From contig OY781964.1 in assembly GCA_963677485.1 (NCBI GenBank), positions 2,240,001-2,304,000 of the forward strand: a stretch of 64,000 nt of DNA. Direction: 5' to 3'. This DNA is from Armatimonadota bacterium. GTDB lineage: Bacteria > Armatimonadota > HRBIN16. The notes below the pieces were generated by a model. It ran no database searches, was not told where the DNA came from, and was given only the letters and a program-made list of their open reading frames with translations. Of this stretch, positions 19,689 through 29,966 are shown in pieces; within the stretch, counting starts at the first letter, position 1, and each line of letters opens with the position of its first letter. A program made the translations under genes and the position numbers.

Positions 19689-20186
19689 TCATCCGCTGTG
19701 TTCCCTCAAACAGGCACCCCAGCCCTTGCTATGTGGTCGCGGCAGACCAGCCAAACAGCACAGACCGAAGAAAGTGAGTGCCGGCACCAGTAGAATTTCT
19801 ACAGAGGTGACCACTATGATCATGAACAGATTCAGCCGCTCGTCCGGGTTATTGGGGGGGGCCATGGCCATCAGATACAGTGCATACGCAGTATAGGTAG
19901 CCAGTATCACACCATAAAACGGCCAGTAACGCCGCAGCAAACAGGCAATACACACAAACAACATGGCCGTCAGGGACTGTTCCACTAGACCCGCCAGGTA
20001 GTTTGTAGACTGCGTACCCGACTGGTTTGTGCTGGACATGGCGTTCGGGATAAACCAAAACAGCCCCATCACCACGCCCGTTAACAACAGCATCACCACA
20101 TATGCAGCGACCAGTTTCGGGTTTTCTGCAATATCCTTCGACAGCGTACCGAATACACATGCCAGGTTCGTCCGTATTTTGTCCAT
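19689..20186 (-). CDS. Hypothetical membrane protein
   Basis: 165-aa ORF with about 4 hydrophobic segments; GGAG RBS upstream. Confidence 0.55.
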   Translation of the reverse strand: MDKIRTNLACVFGTLSKDIAENPKLVAAYVVMLLLTGVVMGLFWFIPNAMSSTNQSGTQSTNYLAGLVEQSLTAMLFVCIACLLRRYWPFYGVILATYTAYALYLMAMAPPNNPDERLNLFMIIVVTSVEILLVPALTFFGLCCLAGLPRPHSKGWGACLREHSG

Positions 20187-20247
20187 CAGTTATGCTCCAT
20201 AGTTTGTTCATTGAGTATGTCTATCTACAAAGGCACTACGGTAATCT

Positions 20248-20961
20248 CTATCTTGGCTCCATCCGCAGCTCAGGCGGCAGGTTCTTTTTGCTCGCATCAG
20301 GGGCCGGTAATTCGGTTGTGTAGCCTACAGGAAAACAAAAAATCGTGCTCCACATGAACCCTATATTCAAGGCACCGATCCCAGGTCTATATGGAAACTG
20401 GTTGCAACGCTCTACATGACCGTCACTGTATAGTTTTAAGTAGCCATCAGGCATAAGGTTACGGTCCGACTTTACTCTTTTGCCATATTCCATTGCGCTC
20501 TCACGTTCTGCATAATAAGGTAATGGAAATACTGTTAATGGATGGAAGATATCCGCCATCCAAATTACATCGTGTTGTTCGGGCGAGTAGAATTCGCTGA
20601 GCGTCTTCTCCGATAGCCTTTCTATGCCCGGCACCGAACGTGTGTACGCGTAGGAGCCGATGAGCGGCTTACCAAAAGTTAGTGTACAGCCTTTGGTCCA
20701 CTCCTTATCGTTGGGGCAGCAGGTGGGCATCTTCTTCAATAGCTCGTGTGCCATCTGGTCATCAGGCGGCAACTCGGTGGCGTAGTCATTCATATACAAC
20801 CTTAAGGCAACTCCGCACTGGCGCAAGTTGGAAATACACACCACATCCTTGCTCTTTTTCCGCGCACCAATCAGCACAGGATATAACACCGCCGTCAGTA
20901 TTCCGATGATGGCGATGACCACCAGCAGTTCGAGAACCGTGAACGCGCGACGATGGGTCAT
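20248..20961 (-). CDS. Prepilin-type N-terminal cleavage/methylation domain protein (DUF1559-like)
   Basis: RRAFTVLELLVVIAIIGILTAVLYPVL..AR...CISNLRQ.G.AL.LY..DY and C-terminal YSDGHV. Start moved to MTHRRAF (GGAG 9 nt upstream). Confidence 0.88.
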   Translation of the reverse strand: MTHRRAFTVLELLVVIAIIGILTAVLYPVLIGARKKSKDVVCISNLRQCGVALRLYMNDYATELPPDDQMAHELLKKMPTCCPNDKEWTKGCTLTFGKPLIGSYAYTRSVPGIERLSEKTLSEFYSPEQHDVIWMADIFHPLTVFPLPYYAERESAMEYGKRVKSDRNLMPDGYLKLYSDGHVERCNQFPYRPGIGALNIGFMWSTIFCFPVGYTTELPAPDASKKNLPPELRMEPR

Positions 20962-21163
20962 GACTCGCATCTCCGTATAGACTTGATTGGTATCTTTATG
21001 ACTACTCAGCACTAAGGGTCTTTCGCCAATGCCGACGGGCGATAGGGACGTTCCTGCACCGCGCGGCAGCGTGGGACACTTGGTATCATAGTTGCGCACT
21101 GGCGATGAGCGACGGGTTCGGTGGCCCGTCCGTGACTTCGTCCCGGTACGGGCACAGTCACCC

Positions 21164-21188
21164 AGGGCGATTCGCGAATCGCCCCTAC
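21164..21188 (-). repeat. REP-like palindrome (GTAGGGGCGATTCGCGAATCGCCCT)
   Basis: GTAG foot plus palindrome; same sequence at 53945-53969. Confidence 0.7.
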
Positions 21189-21651
21189 ACAGCCCGCGTT
21201 CCGACGGGCGTAGGGAAGGACGCCTGCCCCGGCTGTGACTACATCGCAGAACGTAGTCGTGCGGGTGACTAAACTCGCGGCACATCGCACATAATGTTGC
21301 TGAGTGGATGATCGGAAACGACCGAACACCACACTAGTATTAAGTATACTTACTGTCGTTTTTAATGTGCATGGTTTTTCGGAGGTTCCCGCCAATATAA
21401 CGTGCAAACTAGTATTATTACCAGTCTCAGTATGCCCATAGACAATCTGTTCGCCACCTATTCCGAGTGCATAGACGCAAACATGATCCACGCCAACCAT
21501 CGTCGGCACAAGCCTGGCACTGCTCATTTCGAAAACACTGCCAAAATCGCGTTCATATACGGGTAATCTGATGGTGTGCCCCAGTCTAAATGTGTGGTAT
21601 CTTGCTCTGAAATTCCCACTCCAACCGATCGATCGGGAGGTAACCTCATAA

Positions 21652-23010
21652 ATGAACATCACGAAACTGGCTATGTACCTGTCTGCAATGATTTTTGTCG
21701 CTCCCCTGTATGCTCAGACGACCTGGATTCGCGCCGATGTGGGCGAAGACCGCATATTCGATGTGATTTGCGCGCGGACTAATGCGACCAAAAGCCTGTA
21801 TGTTGCGCGGAAAAGTGCGGGCGTGGTCAGCACGGAATATGTTGGCAATGTATGGGTGAACACCGTCATTGACAACATCAACCGCTATATGTCTTTGGCA
21901 CCAGGAACCAGCAGCTCTGAGCTATACGGTCTGCGGACCGACGGATATTTGTATAGGATGCTCAAAGGCACAAGCTGGACATCCTCACGTGTGGATTCCT
22001 CCAGGGCCTATTCTAGCCTGATGCCGGGCAAGTTCAATGATGGTTTCATCGGAATGGTGGGCAAAAACGGTGGTTTATACTCATACGGGTATGTGAACAT
22101 CAGCCCTGTCACCCGAGTGTTGTATGAGGGGGCTACATTTCGAGGCGCGTATGCGGCAGGCGACCGCGTGCTGGCCTGCGCGAGCACCGGTGGGCTAGTG
22201 CTGTTTCGCGCGGCCACAAACTGGCAGCCGGAAGTGATCACAGCCTCAGGCAGCTATCAGACGGCACTCATCGACAGCGGTGACCCCAACACGATCTACG
22301 CTCTGGGCACCGACAGCAAGTTGAGCATCGTGCGGAATGGACCGTCTGGCTGGCAGGCGTCGGTGATGGACCCCGACACGTTGTATTATTCCATCACAAT
22401 TTCGCCTGTGGAGCCGGGGTTAGTCTACGCATCAGCCAAGTCTGGTGCCATCTTTTGCTGGTGGCAGCAAGAGGGCATATGGGGAGCGACCAGCATCAGC
22501 CAGGGGAAATACGGTCAACTGACCACGGACTGGTACGGAACGGGGCTGGTCTATGCCGTGCCGTCTATCGGTGCCAAACTGCAAGGAACGCTGGTATTCA
22601 ACCAATTCTCCTTCAAAAACCCCGAAAGAGTGCCGATGATGATTTCGCTGCGGAACAACCAGGGCACCGAGGTGGGCAGTTATCAAGTGGATGTGGATAA
22701 CACCGGTGCTTACAGCATCGACACCAATGCTTATGGTGTGCATACGCTGTATGTCAAAGGGCTGCATTTCCTGGGCAAGAAGTCACCAAGTGTGTTCATC
22801 CCCGACACGGGCACAGCCAACGTGGCCTCCCTCAGCCTGGCTAACGGTGATACCAATGCCGATGGCGGGGTCAACCTGTTTGACTACGTGGTGCTAGATG
22901 AGCACTTCAACACTCCCTGGCAGATGGCCGATGTGGACGGCGACGGCAGCGTGAACCTGTTTGACTATGTGATTCTGGACATGTATTTCGGAGCCCAGGC
23001 GGACAAATAA
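21652..23010 (+). CDS. Secreted beta-propeller-like protein with C-terminal dockerin/EF-hand-like double repeat
   Basis: Signal peptide; repeated W..S.ID beta motifs; C-terminal GDTNADGGVNLFDYVVL...ADVDGDGSVNLFDYVIL. Confidence 0.75.
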   Translation: MNITKLAMYLSAMIFVAPLYAQTTWIRADVGEDRIFDVICARTNATKSLYVARKSAGVVSTEYVGNVWVNTVIDNINRYMSLAPGTSSSELYGLRTDGYLYRMLKGTSWTSSRVDSSRAYSSLMPGKFNDGFIGMVGKNGGLYSYGYVNISPVTRVLYEGATFRGAYAAGDRVLACASTGGLVLFRAATNWQPEVITASGSYQTALIDSGDPNTIYALGTDSKLSIVRNGPSGWQASVMDPDTLYYSITISPVEPGLVYASAKSGAIFCWWQQEGIWGATSISQGKYGQLTTDWYGTGLVYAVPSIGAKLQGTLVFNQFSFKNPERVPMMISLRNNQGTEVGSYQVDVDNTGAYSIDTNAYGVHTLYVKGLHFLGKKSPSVFIPDTGTANVASLSLANGDTNADGGVNLFDYVVLDEHFNTPWQMADVDGDGSVNLFDYVILDMYFGAQADK

Positions 23011-23057
23011 GCGTGCGGGAGCCGTTGACATTGGCTTGATGCCAACGGCCTAAAGAC

Positions 23058-23484
23058 CAGCCTATTACCCACAAATACATAACGCACGATAGCGATCTTC
23101 CGGGCACCCACGAAGTGGGTAGCAGTTCTTATAGCCACGGGTGAGCGCCAGCGAAACCCGTGGTCTACGATGTACCATTCCTACCCCGAAGTGGGTCGCA
23201 CCGGATGGTCACGGTAAACGACCCACGTTCGTGGGTAGATGGTGTCGGACAATCCTCCACGGGTTGCGCTTCGCTTACCCGTGGCTATAAGAATCCTACC
23301 CACTCCGTGGGTGCCGGACCATCAAGAGCACATTATATGTTTTGTCCACACCATGCCCAAAACCAAAACTCGAGTTGTGCGTCATAAAAGGGGCTTTCAA
23401 CCCGCGACAGGTGAACAATCGATTTGTGACCTGCGGGTGGCTCCGATCTATATTTGCAGGATATGCTTTGTGGGTAATAGGCTG
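23058..23484. mobile_element. MITE with 18-bp perfect TIR (CAGCCTATTACCCACAAA) containing a nested ~210-bp palindromic element (23103-23315)
   Basis: Left and right TIRs are perfectly complementary and nearly identical to those of the MITE at 59141-59255. The inner element has ~60-bp imperfect inverted arms. Confidence 0.7.
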
Positions 23485-23584
23485 TGCTTGAACGCGTGGC
23501 GAAAACACCCAGACCGCACCCCTCCTTGTCTTCTCTCTCCTCCTGTAGAATGTAGATGTAAGTAGCATATACTGGGAGGACATC

Positions 23585-24670
23585 ATGCCTGAACAAAATC
23601 AGGTCACTGCGCAACAGATACTTGACGCATTGACCGTTATCATAGACCCGGACCTTGGGCGGGACATCGTCTCTCTGGGGTTCGTCAAAGAGATCAAAAT
23701 CTGCGGCGGACAGGTGGGCTTTGACATCGAGCTAACCACCCCAGCCTGCCCTGTGAAAGACCGATTTAAGAAGCAGGCCGAAGAGGCCGTTTTGGCCATT
23801 GACGGCGTGACCAGCGTCAATGTCAGTATGACCAGCCAGGTTCGAGGGCGCGAGCAGGTGGCTCCCGAAGAGCTGCTGCCTGGCGTTAAGAACGTGATCG
23901 CCGTGGCTAGCGGCAAGGGCGGAGTGGGCAAAAGCACCGTCTCCGTCAACCTCGCTGTGGCACTGGCTCAGACCGGTGCGAAAGTCGGGCTGCTGGACGC
24001 CGACATCTATGGCCCCTCCATTCCGATGATGATGGGCACCTCGGGCAAGCCGCAACTGAACTCTGAGAACAAAATCATCCCCATCGAGCGTTTTGGCGTG
24101 CAGATCATGAGCCTTGGCTTCCTGCTGCCCGATGACCAAGCGGTGGTCTGGCGAGGTCCGCTGGTGGCGGGCGCGGTTAAGCAGTTACTCACCGATGTGG
24201 ATTGGGGCGAGTTGGACTATCTTGTGGTAGATCTTCCCCCGGGCACTGGCGATGCTCCGCTGACCTTGGCGCAGACTGCGCCGTTGACGGGCATCGTGAT
24301 CGTCATGACACCGCAGGATGTGGCCCTCTCGATCGCCAGTAAGTCGGTGGCGATGTTCCGCAAACTGGAAGAGGGGCTGAAGCGTCCGATGCCGATTCTG
24401 GGCATCGTGGAGAACATGGCCGGGTTTGTGTGCAGCAACTGCGGGCAATACCATGAGGTGTTCGTGGGTGCCGGTGGGGCCGCCGCGGCGGAGCGGTTGG
24501 ATGTGCCGTTCCTGGGTGCTATTCCACTGGATCCGGGCATCAGTGCCAGCGGTGATGCCGGTGTGCCTGCCATCGTGGCCGCCCCGGATTCGCCCCAATC
24601 CCTTAGCTTCCATGAGATCGCTGGCCGGCTTGCTCAGCAGCTCAGCATCACTCAGATGCCCAAAGGCTAA
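23585..24670 (+). CDS. mrp: Mrp/NBP35 (ApbC) Fe-S cluster carrier ATPase with N-terminal DUF59 domain
   Basis: DPDLGRDIVSLG...LTTPACP; VASGKGGVGKSTVS; LDADIYGPS; DLPPGTGD; ENMAGFVCSNC. Confidence 0.93.
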   Translation: MPEQNQVTAQQILDALTVIIDPDLGRDIVSLGFVKEIKICGGQVGFDIELTTPACPVKDRFKKQAEEAVLAIDGVTSVNVSMTSQVRGREQVAPEELLPGVKNVIAVASGKGGVGKSTVSVNLAVALAQTGAKVGLLDADIYGPSIPMMMGTSGKPQLNSENKIIPIERFGVQIMSLGFLLPDDQAVVWRGPLVAGAVKQLLTDVDWGELDYLVVDLPPGTGDAPLTLAQTAPLTGIVIVMTPQDVALSIASKSVAMFRKLEEGLKRPMPILGIVENMAGFVCSNCGQYHEVFVGAGGAAAAERLDVPFLGAIPLDPGISASGDAGVPAIVAAPDSPQSLSFHEIAGRLAQQLSITQMPKG

Positions 24671-24675
24671 ATCGG

Positions 24676-24933
24676 TTGACACCGGAAGAGTTAGAAGAGC
24701 GGCTGCAGCAGGCTTTCGAGCAGGTGCAGCCGCAACTGCTGGCAGATGGCATCCAGGCCGAGTGCGTCGAAGTGCGTGGGGCCATCATGTTCGTCAAACT
24801 GCATGGCGTCTGCCTGACGTGCTCTCGGCATCAGATGGCTCAGCGGCATTACATCGAGGCGGCCATCCGCAAGCTCGTGCCCGAGCTGGGCGCCGTCTGG
24901 CCGGATACCGCCGAATACCGTGCGCAGATTTAG
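24676..24933 (+). CDS. NifU/Nfu-like small Fe-S carrier
   Basis: VQPQLLADG..E...VKLHGVCLTCS (CxxC); directly follows mrp. Confidence 0.75.
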   Translation: MTPEELEERLQQAFEQVQPQLLADGIQAECVEVRGAIMFVKLHGVCLTCSRHQMAQRHYIEAAIRKLVPELGAVWPDTAEYRAQI

Positions 24934-25118
24934 GGCAGGGGTGCAGTCAATGACTGGGTTTAGTCACACACACCACCACTGGCACGAAAGGAATGATAAT
25001 CCACAGATTACACAGATTACGCAGATTAGGTAGTTGACCGAGCCGGTTCCTCAGTTACCAACTAGTACCCCCCCCAATCCGGTACACTAAAAATACCAAA
25101 CCCTGTGGAGGTAGAACG

Positions 25119-25988
25119 ATGTGTGAAGCCGTTGCCGTACCCGCCGGACGCCTGCTAGGCGCGCATATGCCCACCACCGGAGGTCTACAAAACGCCCTGA
25201 CCTCTGGTCACGAGATCGGCTGCACCGCCGTCCAACTCTTCACTGCCAGCCCCAGGCAGTGGCGCGCTGCGCCTTTGAAGCCTGAGACGGTGCAGGCGTT
25301 CCAGGAGGCCTGGCAGCAGACCCAGATGGGGGCGGTGATCTGCCACGATTCCTACCTGGTGAACCTCGCGGCGCCCTCTGAAGAGGTGTATGCGAAGAGC
25401 TTGGTCGCATTCCGTGAGGAGCTGGACCGATGTGAGCAACTGGGCATTCCGTGGGTGGTCACGCACATGGGCAGTTATCTGGATACTTCCGAGGAGGAAG
25501 GATTGGAGAAGCTGGTGGCCTCCGCTAAGCGTCTGCTGGCCGATACCGCAGGCTACAAAGTCGGCATCGCCATGGAGACCACCGCAGGACAAGGCACCAA
25601 CCTGGGATATAAGTTTGAGCATCTGCGACGCGTTCTTGACGGCAACCAGGGTGATACGCGCCTCAGCGTATGCATGGATACCTGCCACATCTTCGTGGCC
25701 GGTTATGACATCAGCACCAACCTGCTGAGCGGCGTGCTGGACGAGTTTGATCAGGTGATCGGGCTGGACCGTTTGGTGGCCGTCCACGCCAACGACGCGT
25801 TGAAAGGTCTGGGCAGCAAGAAGGACCGTCACGCACACATCGGCCAGGGCGAGCTGGGTGAGGATCCATTCCGTCAGTTGGTTAACGAGCCGCGGCTGAT
25901 GAGCATCCCCATTATTCTTGAGACGCCTGAGTCAGAGACGATGCACCGCGAGAACCTGGCGCATCTGGTGCGGCTGATAGAGGCGTAA
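25119..25988 (+). CDS. nfo: Endonuclease IV (AP endonuclease)
   Basis: LGAHM, QLFT.SPRQW, HDSYLVNLA, ETTAGQGTNLG, CMDTCHIF, HAND, DRHAHIGQG, ILETP. Confidence 0.95.
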   Translation: MCEAVAVPAGRLLGAHMPTTGGLQNALTSGHEIGCTAVQLFTASPRQWRAAPLKPETVQAFQEAWQQTQMGAVICHDSYLVNLAAPSEEVYAKSLVAFREELDRCEQLGIPWVVTHMGSYLDTSEEEGLEKLVASAKRLLADTAGYKVGIAMETTAGQGTNLGYKFEHLRRVLDGNQGDTRLSVCMDTCHIFVAGYDISTNLLSGVLDEFDQVIGLDRLVAVHANDALKGLGSKKDRHAHIGQGELGEDPFRQLVNEPRLMSIPIILETPESETMHRENLAHLVRLIEA

Positions 25989-26003
25989 TAGCCACACCTA
26001 GGG

Positions 26004-27026
26004 TCACGCTTGGTTCAGCAACCCGTACCGACTCTTCATCTGCAAGATGCGGCGCACCGATTCGTCGATTCTGCGCGGGTTCCTGGCAGCCTGTTTGCTT
26101 AAAGACTCAAAGAGCTTTTGCTTGATCTCATCACCCTCGCAAGCCAGGAAGATGTCAACCCCAGCGGTGAGCCCCCGTTTGATCATATCCTCCGGGGAGT
26201 AGTTCTGGCTGATGGCCCCCATGCCCAGACTATCGGTGATGATCACGCCGTTGAAGCCCAGCTTCTTGCGCAGCACTTTGTTCAGCCAGTAGCTGGAAAG
26301 CGTGGCGGGATGACGGTCCTCGGGGAAGATCACGTGCGCACTCATCACTGTCTCAACGCCTGCCTTCACGGCGGCGCGGAACGGTGACAGGTGGATGTCC
26401 ATCTCTTTGCTGCTCAGCTTCACCGCCACCTTACCAGTGTGGGAGTCGTCGGTGGAGGCACCATGCCCCGGGAAGTGCTTGGCACAGGAGATGATACCTT
26501 CAGCCTGCAGCGCTGTGATGTATTCACAGCCCAGCTTCGCCACAATATTGGGGTCAGGGCCGTAGCTGCGGTTGCCGATCACCTTGTTAGCCAGGTTGGT
26601 GCGCACGTCCAGCACAGGTGCCAGGTTCATATTCATACCCACAGCCTTGAAGTCTGCGGCGGTGGTTTGGGCCTGCACTGTCGGTGCGCCAGTGCCTTTG
26701 GCCGCCAGCTCTTCGCTGGAGGGCAGGGGCCGGCAGATGGTCGCGGGGAGATGCTGCACCCGGCCACCCTCCTGGTCTGTGGAGAAGAGCAATCCGATAC
26801 CCGCGCTGTTCTGCATGGCGATGGTCTGAGAGGCCGCAGTCAGTTTGGCCAGTTGCTTGATATCCTGAGCATTCTTGCCCATCACGATCAGCCCGCCCGG
26901 CAGATAGGCGTTCAGCATCTGCTCGGCCCCATCGATGGACTGGCTGCTGAAGCCAAACATCAGCATCTGCCCCAGCTTCTGTTCCATCGTGAGAGATTTT
27001 AATACAGTTTCTATTTGCTGGTTCAT
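26004..27026 (-). CDS. nagZ: Beta-N-acetylhexosaminidase, GH3 (NagZ-like)
   Basis: STDQEGGRV, NLAPVLDV, IGNRSYG, KHFPGHG..DSH, IITDSLGM. Start placed at MNQQ after GGAG. Confidence 0.88.
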   Translation of the reverse strand: MNQQIETVLKSLTMEQKLGQMLMFGFSSQSIDGAEQMLNAYLPGGLIVMGKNAQDIKQLAKLTAASQTIAMQNSAGIGLLFSTDQEGGRVQHLPATICRPLPSSEELAAKGTGAPTVQAQTTAADFKAVGMNMNLAPVLDVRTNLANKVIGNRSYGPDPNIVAKLGCEYITALQAEGIISCAKHFPGHGASTDDSHTGKVAVKLSSKEMDIHLSPFRAAVKAGVETVMSAHVIFPEDRHPATLSSYWLNKVLRKKLGFNGVIITDSLGMGAISQNYSPEDMIKRGLTAGVDIFLACEGDEIKQKLFESLSKQAARNPRRIDESVRRILQMKSRYGLLNQA

Positions 27027-27359
27027 TTGTGAGTTCTCCATATGGTAGTGCCGCCATATGGTATTCTGCCACCATCGCCTGTGGCATGCCACATTCATTT
27101 TGGAGAATGGAGGAGCGAGAAGGTAGAAGCGACTATGGAAACGATGCCTATAATGTCCTACTCCACCTACTCGTCCGACTTGTCCTATGGCCCGGCGGGT
27201 AACCCATCCGAGAGTCTGTCCACATATTACGCAGATTGTCGGGTGGAAAACCACGGAGCCCATTGGCGATCCCGTATATTCCATCCTGTCACTGCTTCAA
27301 ATCCGCGTAATCTGTGGTTCAGACACACAGCAAATGGAACGCACCCGGTCCTCATCTGG

Positions 27360-29966
27360 TCACGGTCCAGAAACGCGCTCAGCATCCCACCGAAACTGCA
27401 CAAAATCGGGGTCGGTGTCTTTCCAGTCGTTTCGCGAGCCCTTGAGCGTCTTGCCGTCCTCAGACATGGTGAACTTGGCACCTCCGCGAAGTGTGCCGTC
27501 ACGGTTCTTCCACTTCAGCCTAACTACCTTCCCGCTGACCGTTCCATCGAGGCTGCCGTCACCACCCCAGGTTCCGGTAACTCGGTTTTCCTCCTGCAGC
27601 ATCACAATCTCACCCCAGTCACCCCAGGTCGTCTTCCAGGTGCCTGTAAATCCCGAAGTAATAGCCGGTGGCGGCGGAGCGGAACCCTCTACGCCTTTAC
27701 GTTTGGCATCCCAGCGGTATCGGGCTTCATCTGATCCCACTTGATCATTCCTACTACCGGTGATGAAGTTCGCGTCAGCCGACAGGGTAAACTTTGCGCT
27801 GCCTGCGAGCCCTGAAGGGTCGGTCCATTTCAAGCGAGCCACATTGTTTTCCACCGTACCTTCCAGTTTGTGCGTGCCCCCATAATAGGTACCTGTCACG
27901 CGCGTGCCATCCTGCTGCAGCACGAACTCACCCCAGTCACCCCATGTCGTGCTCCACGTGCCGTTAAAGTCATGTGGTGTCTCTTCAGGCCATCCTCCCG
28001 TAGGCTGATCGACGCGCGTCGGTTGCAAATCGCCGTAGTTTCCGCCAGGGCTGGAGGGGCTGGTCGGCTTGGAGTCGACGAGTGCGCCTCCCGTCGTGCC
28101 GGTCACGCTCCGCTCCATTCCAGAGCTAAGGGTAAATGGCGCAGCATCTGCGGCCGAGGGGGTCACCCTCACATAACCAAACTGCACAGTGATGGTACTC
28201 TTCCCAGCCGATGGATTGTGCTGCACTACGAAGGCTGTTCCCTGGGCCTCCACCCCGCACAACGGCGTGGTCACTCGGTATGTCTCGCCCTTGAGGGGAA
28301 CAACCGTCGATGCGACCGTGCCGTTTCGCAGGGTGACTTGTCCGTCTTTACCCTGCGATCCCAGCGATGCTTCTGTACCTTCCGCGAAAGTGGCAATCCG
28401 TCCTCGCGGCAGCTCTACCACCGCACTCCCGCCCGTTCCTGTGCGGATCGACGATCCCGCTTTCAACGCCTCGAAGGTCTTGCCGGGACGCCAGCCAACA
28501 GAACCGGCTGGCCGCACAGAAACATCTCCTGCAACAGATGCCAGGCTGACGCCACCTGCAGTAGGAGCAGGTGGGGCGACGGGTGCCGGTTCGCCTGGCT
28601 GAGAGACAGCGAGCATTCTTGGATCGATGGTGGTGGGTTGCGGTGGTTTCACGGCTTCGGGAACTGTGATATCCATAATCTCCATACGCACGATCTCGGT
28701 GCCAGGCATGATGGCCCCCGTTGAGCGCTTGAATATCCACTTCAATATCACGGGCGATTCAGAGGCAGATCCTCTCACCTCAAGCCACAAAGTTGGCTGA
28801 GTGATGTTGTCGGCGGACGGGGTAAATGGTACCCGCATTGTGGCCTCTTTGGGGTAGTTGGGCGGGTCACTCTGCACATAAAGCGAATAGTTCGAGTTGT
28901 CGGCTTCGCTGGCTCGATCACCACGTACATTGTGCCAGCCGTAGACGGTAAGCACTGCCACCGGGTCGCTCGTGATGCGTGCTTTGACGACGATGTCGTC
29001 TCCTTCGACGATCGTGCCGCCAGGCCCAAGCGAGGTATCCCAGGTGAGAGTGCTTGTGCCTGACCTCCCTCCTTTTGTCAGCGTATATGTCAGCGACTGC
29101 CCTGGCTGATATTTGAAACCCTCAGGCAGATTGCCAACAACGCCCGTAGCAATTTGTAACTCGGTAGCTCCGTTGGTGCCCACCCACATCTTGCGTGACA
29201 AAACCTCTGCGGGTTTAGCTTCATTGGCAGTAAAGGGGCACGACTCCCTGGCTGGTTCGCTGAACCAGGAGTTCAGATATACCTCCCATCGGTATACGCC
29301 TGAGGAGGGCACCCTGGCCCGGAATGCAGATTTAACGATTCCTGCACCCCGCACGGCTTTCACTCTACGAAAGGCCTTGGTACTGACACTCTTGCCGTCT
29401 GGTCCGACGAGTTGAACATATTCCATGATCTCGTGCATTCTGGCCTTAGAATCTGAGATGTGGTATTCGAGGTTAAGTGTGACGGGCTCACCAGCCGCCA
29501 CCTTGAGAGGGTTCACTTTGGCGGTGTCGATGGTCATTGTGCAGTCAAGTTTTTTATCGCTGTTGCCGGTTAAGTCAGGAAGAGGCATACATCCGTGATA
29601 ACGGGCGCGAAGCACCAGCCGTTCTATCCTGCGTGTTTTCGGTTCATACACACCCGTCAAAACCCACGCCTCGCTGTCTAATGTCTCTTCAACACAGGCC
29701 ATCAGCATGCCCGTCCTGGCTATCAGTATGCCCGAGATGGTTGCGTTGCCCTCAGAAGTTGTGATCGTGCCGGAGATAGTCCAGCCGATGCCGACGATGG
29801 GCACTTCGCGATGGATGTAGAAGCCCCATTTGTTAGGTATTTGGTCGAGGTAGAAGCATTCAGGTATGTCAGATGGCGAATCAGCTTTTTGGGCTCCTGC
29901 GCATGTGGAAAGCAACAGTAATACGAGAATAACGATCCAGAACGATCTGCGAACGATGGAGAGCAT
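27360..29966 (-). CDS. Secreted multidomain protein with FecR domain and two C-terminal ~90-aa beta repeats
   Basis: Signal peptide; FecR-like LKAGSSIRTG..GSAVV...VTTPLCGVEAQGTAFVV; repeats F.GTW.TTWGDWGE.V..Q...RVTGT. Confidence 0.7.
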   Translation of the reverse strand: MLSIVRRSFWIVILVLLLLSTCAGAQKADSPSDIPECFYLDQIPNKWGFYIHREVPIVGIGWTISGTITTSEGNATISGILIARTGMLMACVEETLDSEAWVLTGVYEPKTRRIERLVLRARYHGCMPLPDLTGNSDKKLDCTMTIDTAKVNPLKVAAGEPVTLNLEYHISDSKARMHEIMEYVQLVGPDGKSVSTKAFRRVKAVRGAGIVKSAFRARVPSSGVYRWEVYLNSWFSEPARESCPFTANEAKPAEVLSRKMWVGTNGATELQIATGVVGNLPEGFKYQPGQSLTYTLTKGGRSGTSTLTWDTSLGPGGTIVEGDDIVVKARITSDPVAVLTVYGWHNVRGDRASEADNSNYSLYVQSDPPNYPKEATMRVPFTPSADNITQPTLWLEVRGSASESPVILKWIFKRSTGAIMPGTEIVRMEIMDITVPEAVKPPQPTTIDPRMLAVSQPGEPAPVAPPAPTAGGVSLASVAGDVSVRPAGSVGWRPGKTFEALKAGSSIRTGTGGSAVVELPRGRIATFAEGTEASLGSQGKDGQVTLRNGTVASTVVPLKGETYRVTTPLCGVEAQGTAFVVQHNPSAGKSTITVQFGYVRVTPSAADAAPFTLSSGMERSVTGTTGGALVDSKPTSPSSPGGNYGDLQPTRVDQPTGGWPEETPHDFNGTWSTTWGDWGEFVLQQDGTRVTGTYYGGTHKLEGTVENNVARLKWTDPSGLAGSAKFTLSADANFITGSRNDQVGSDEARYRWDAKRKGVEGSAPPPPAITSGFTGTWKTTWGDWGEIVMLQEENRVTGTWGGDGSLDGTVSGKVVRLKWKNRDGTLRGGAKFTMSEDGKTLKGSRNDWKDTDPDFVQFRWDAERVSGP

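Noticed and set aside
20962-21662. N-terminal extensions or ORFs spanning repeat-rich gaps (start at 21285, ORF 21012-21662, nagZ start at 27284)
   Set aside because: They run through REP or short-period repeats; better starts with RBSs exist downstream.
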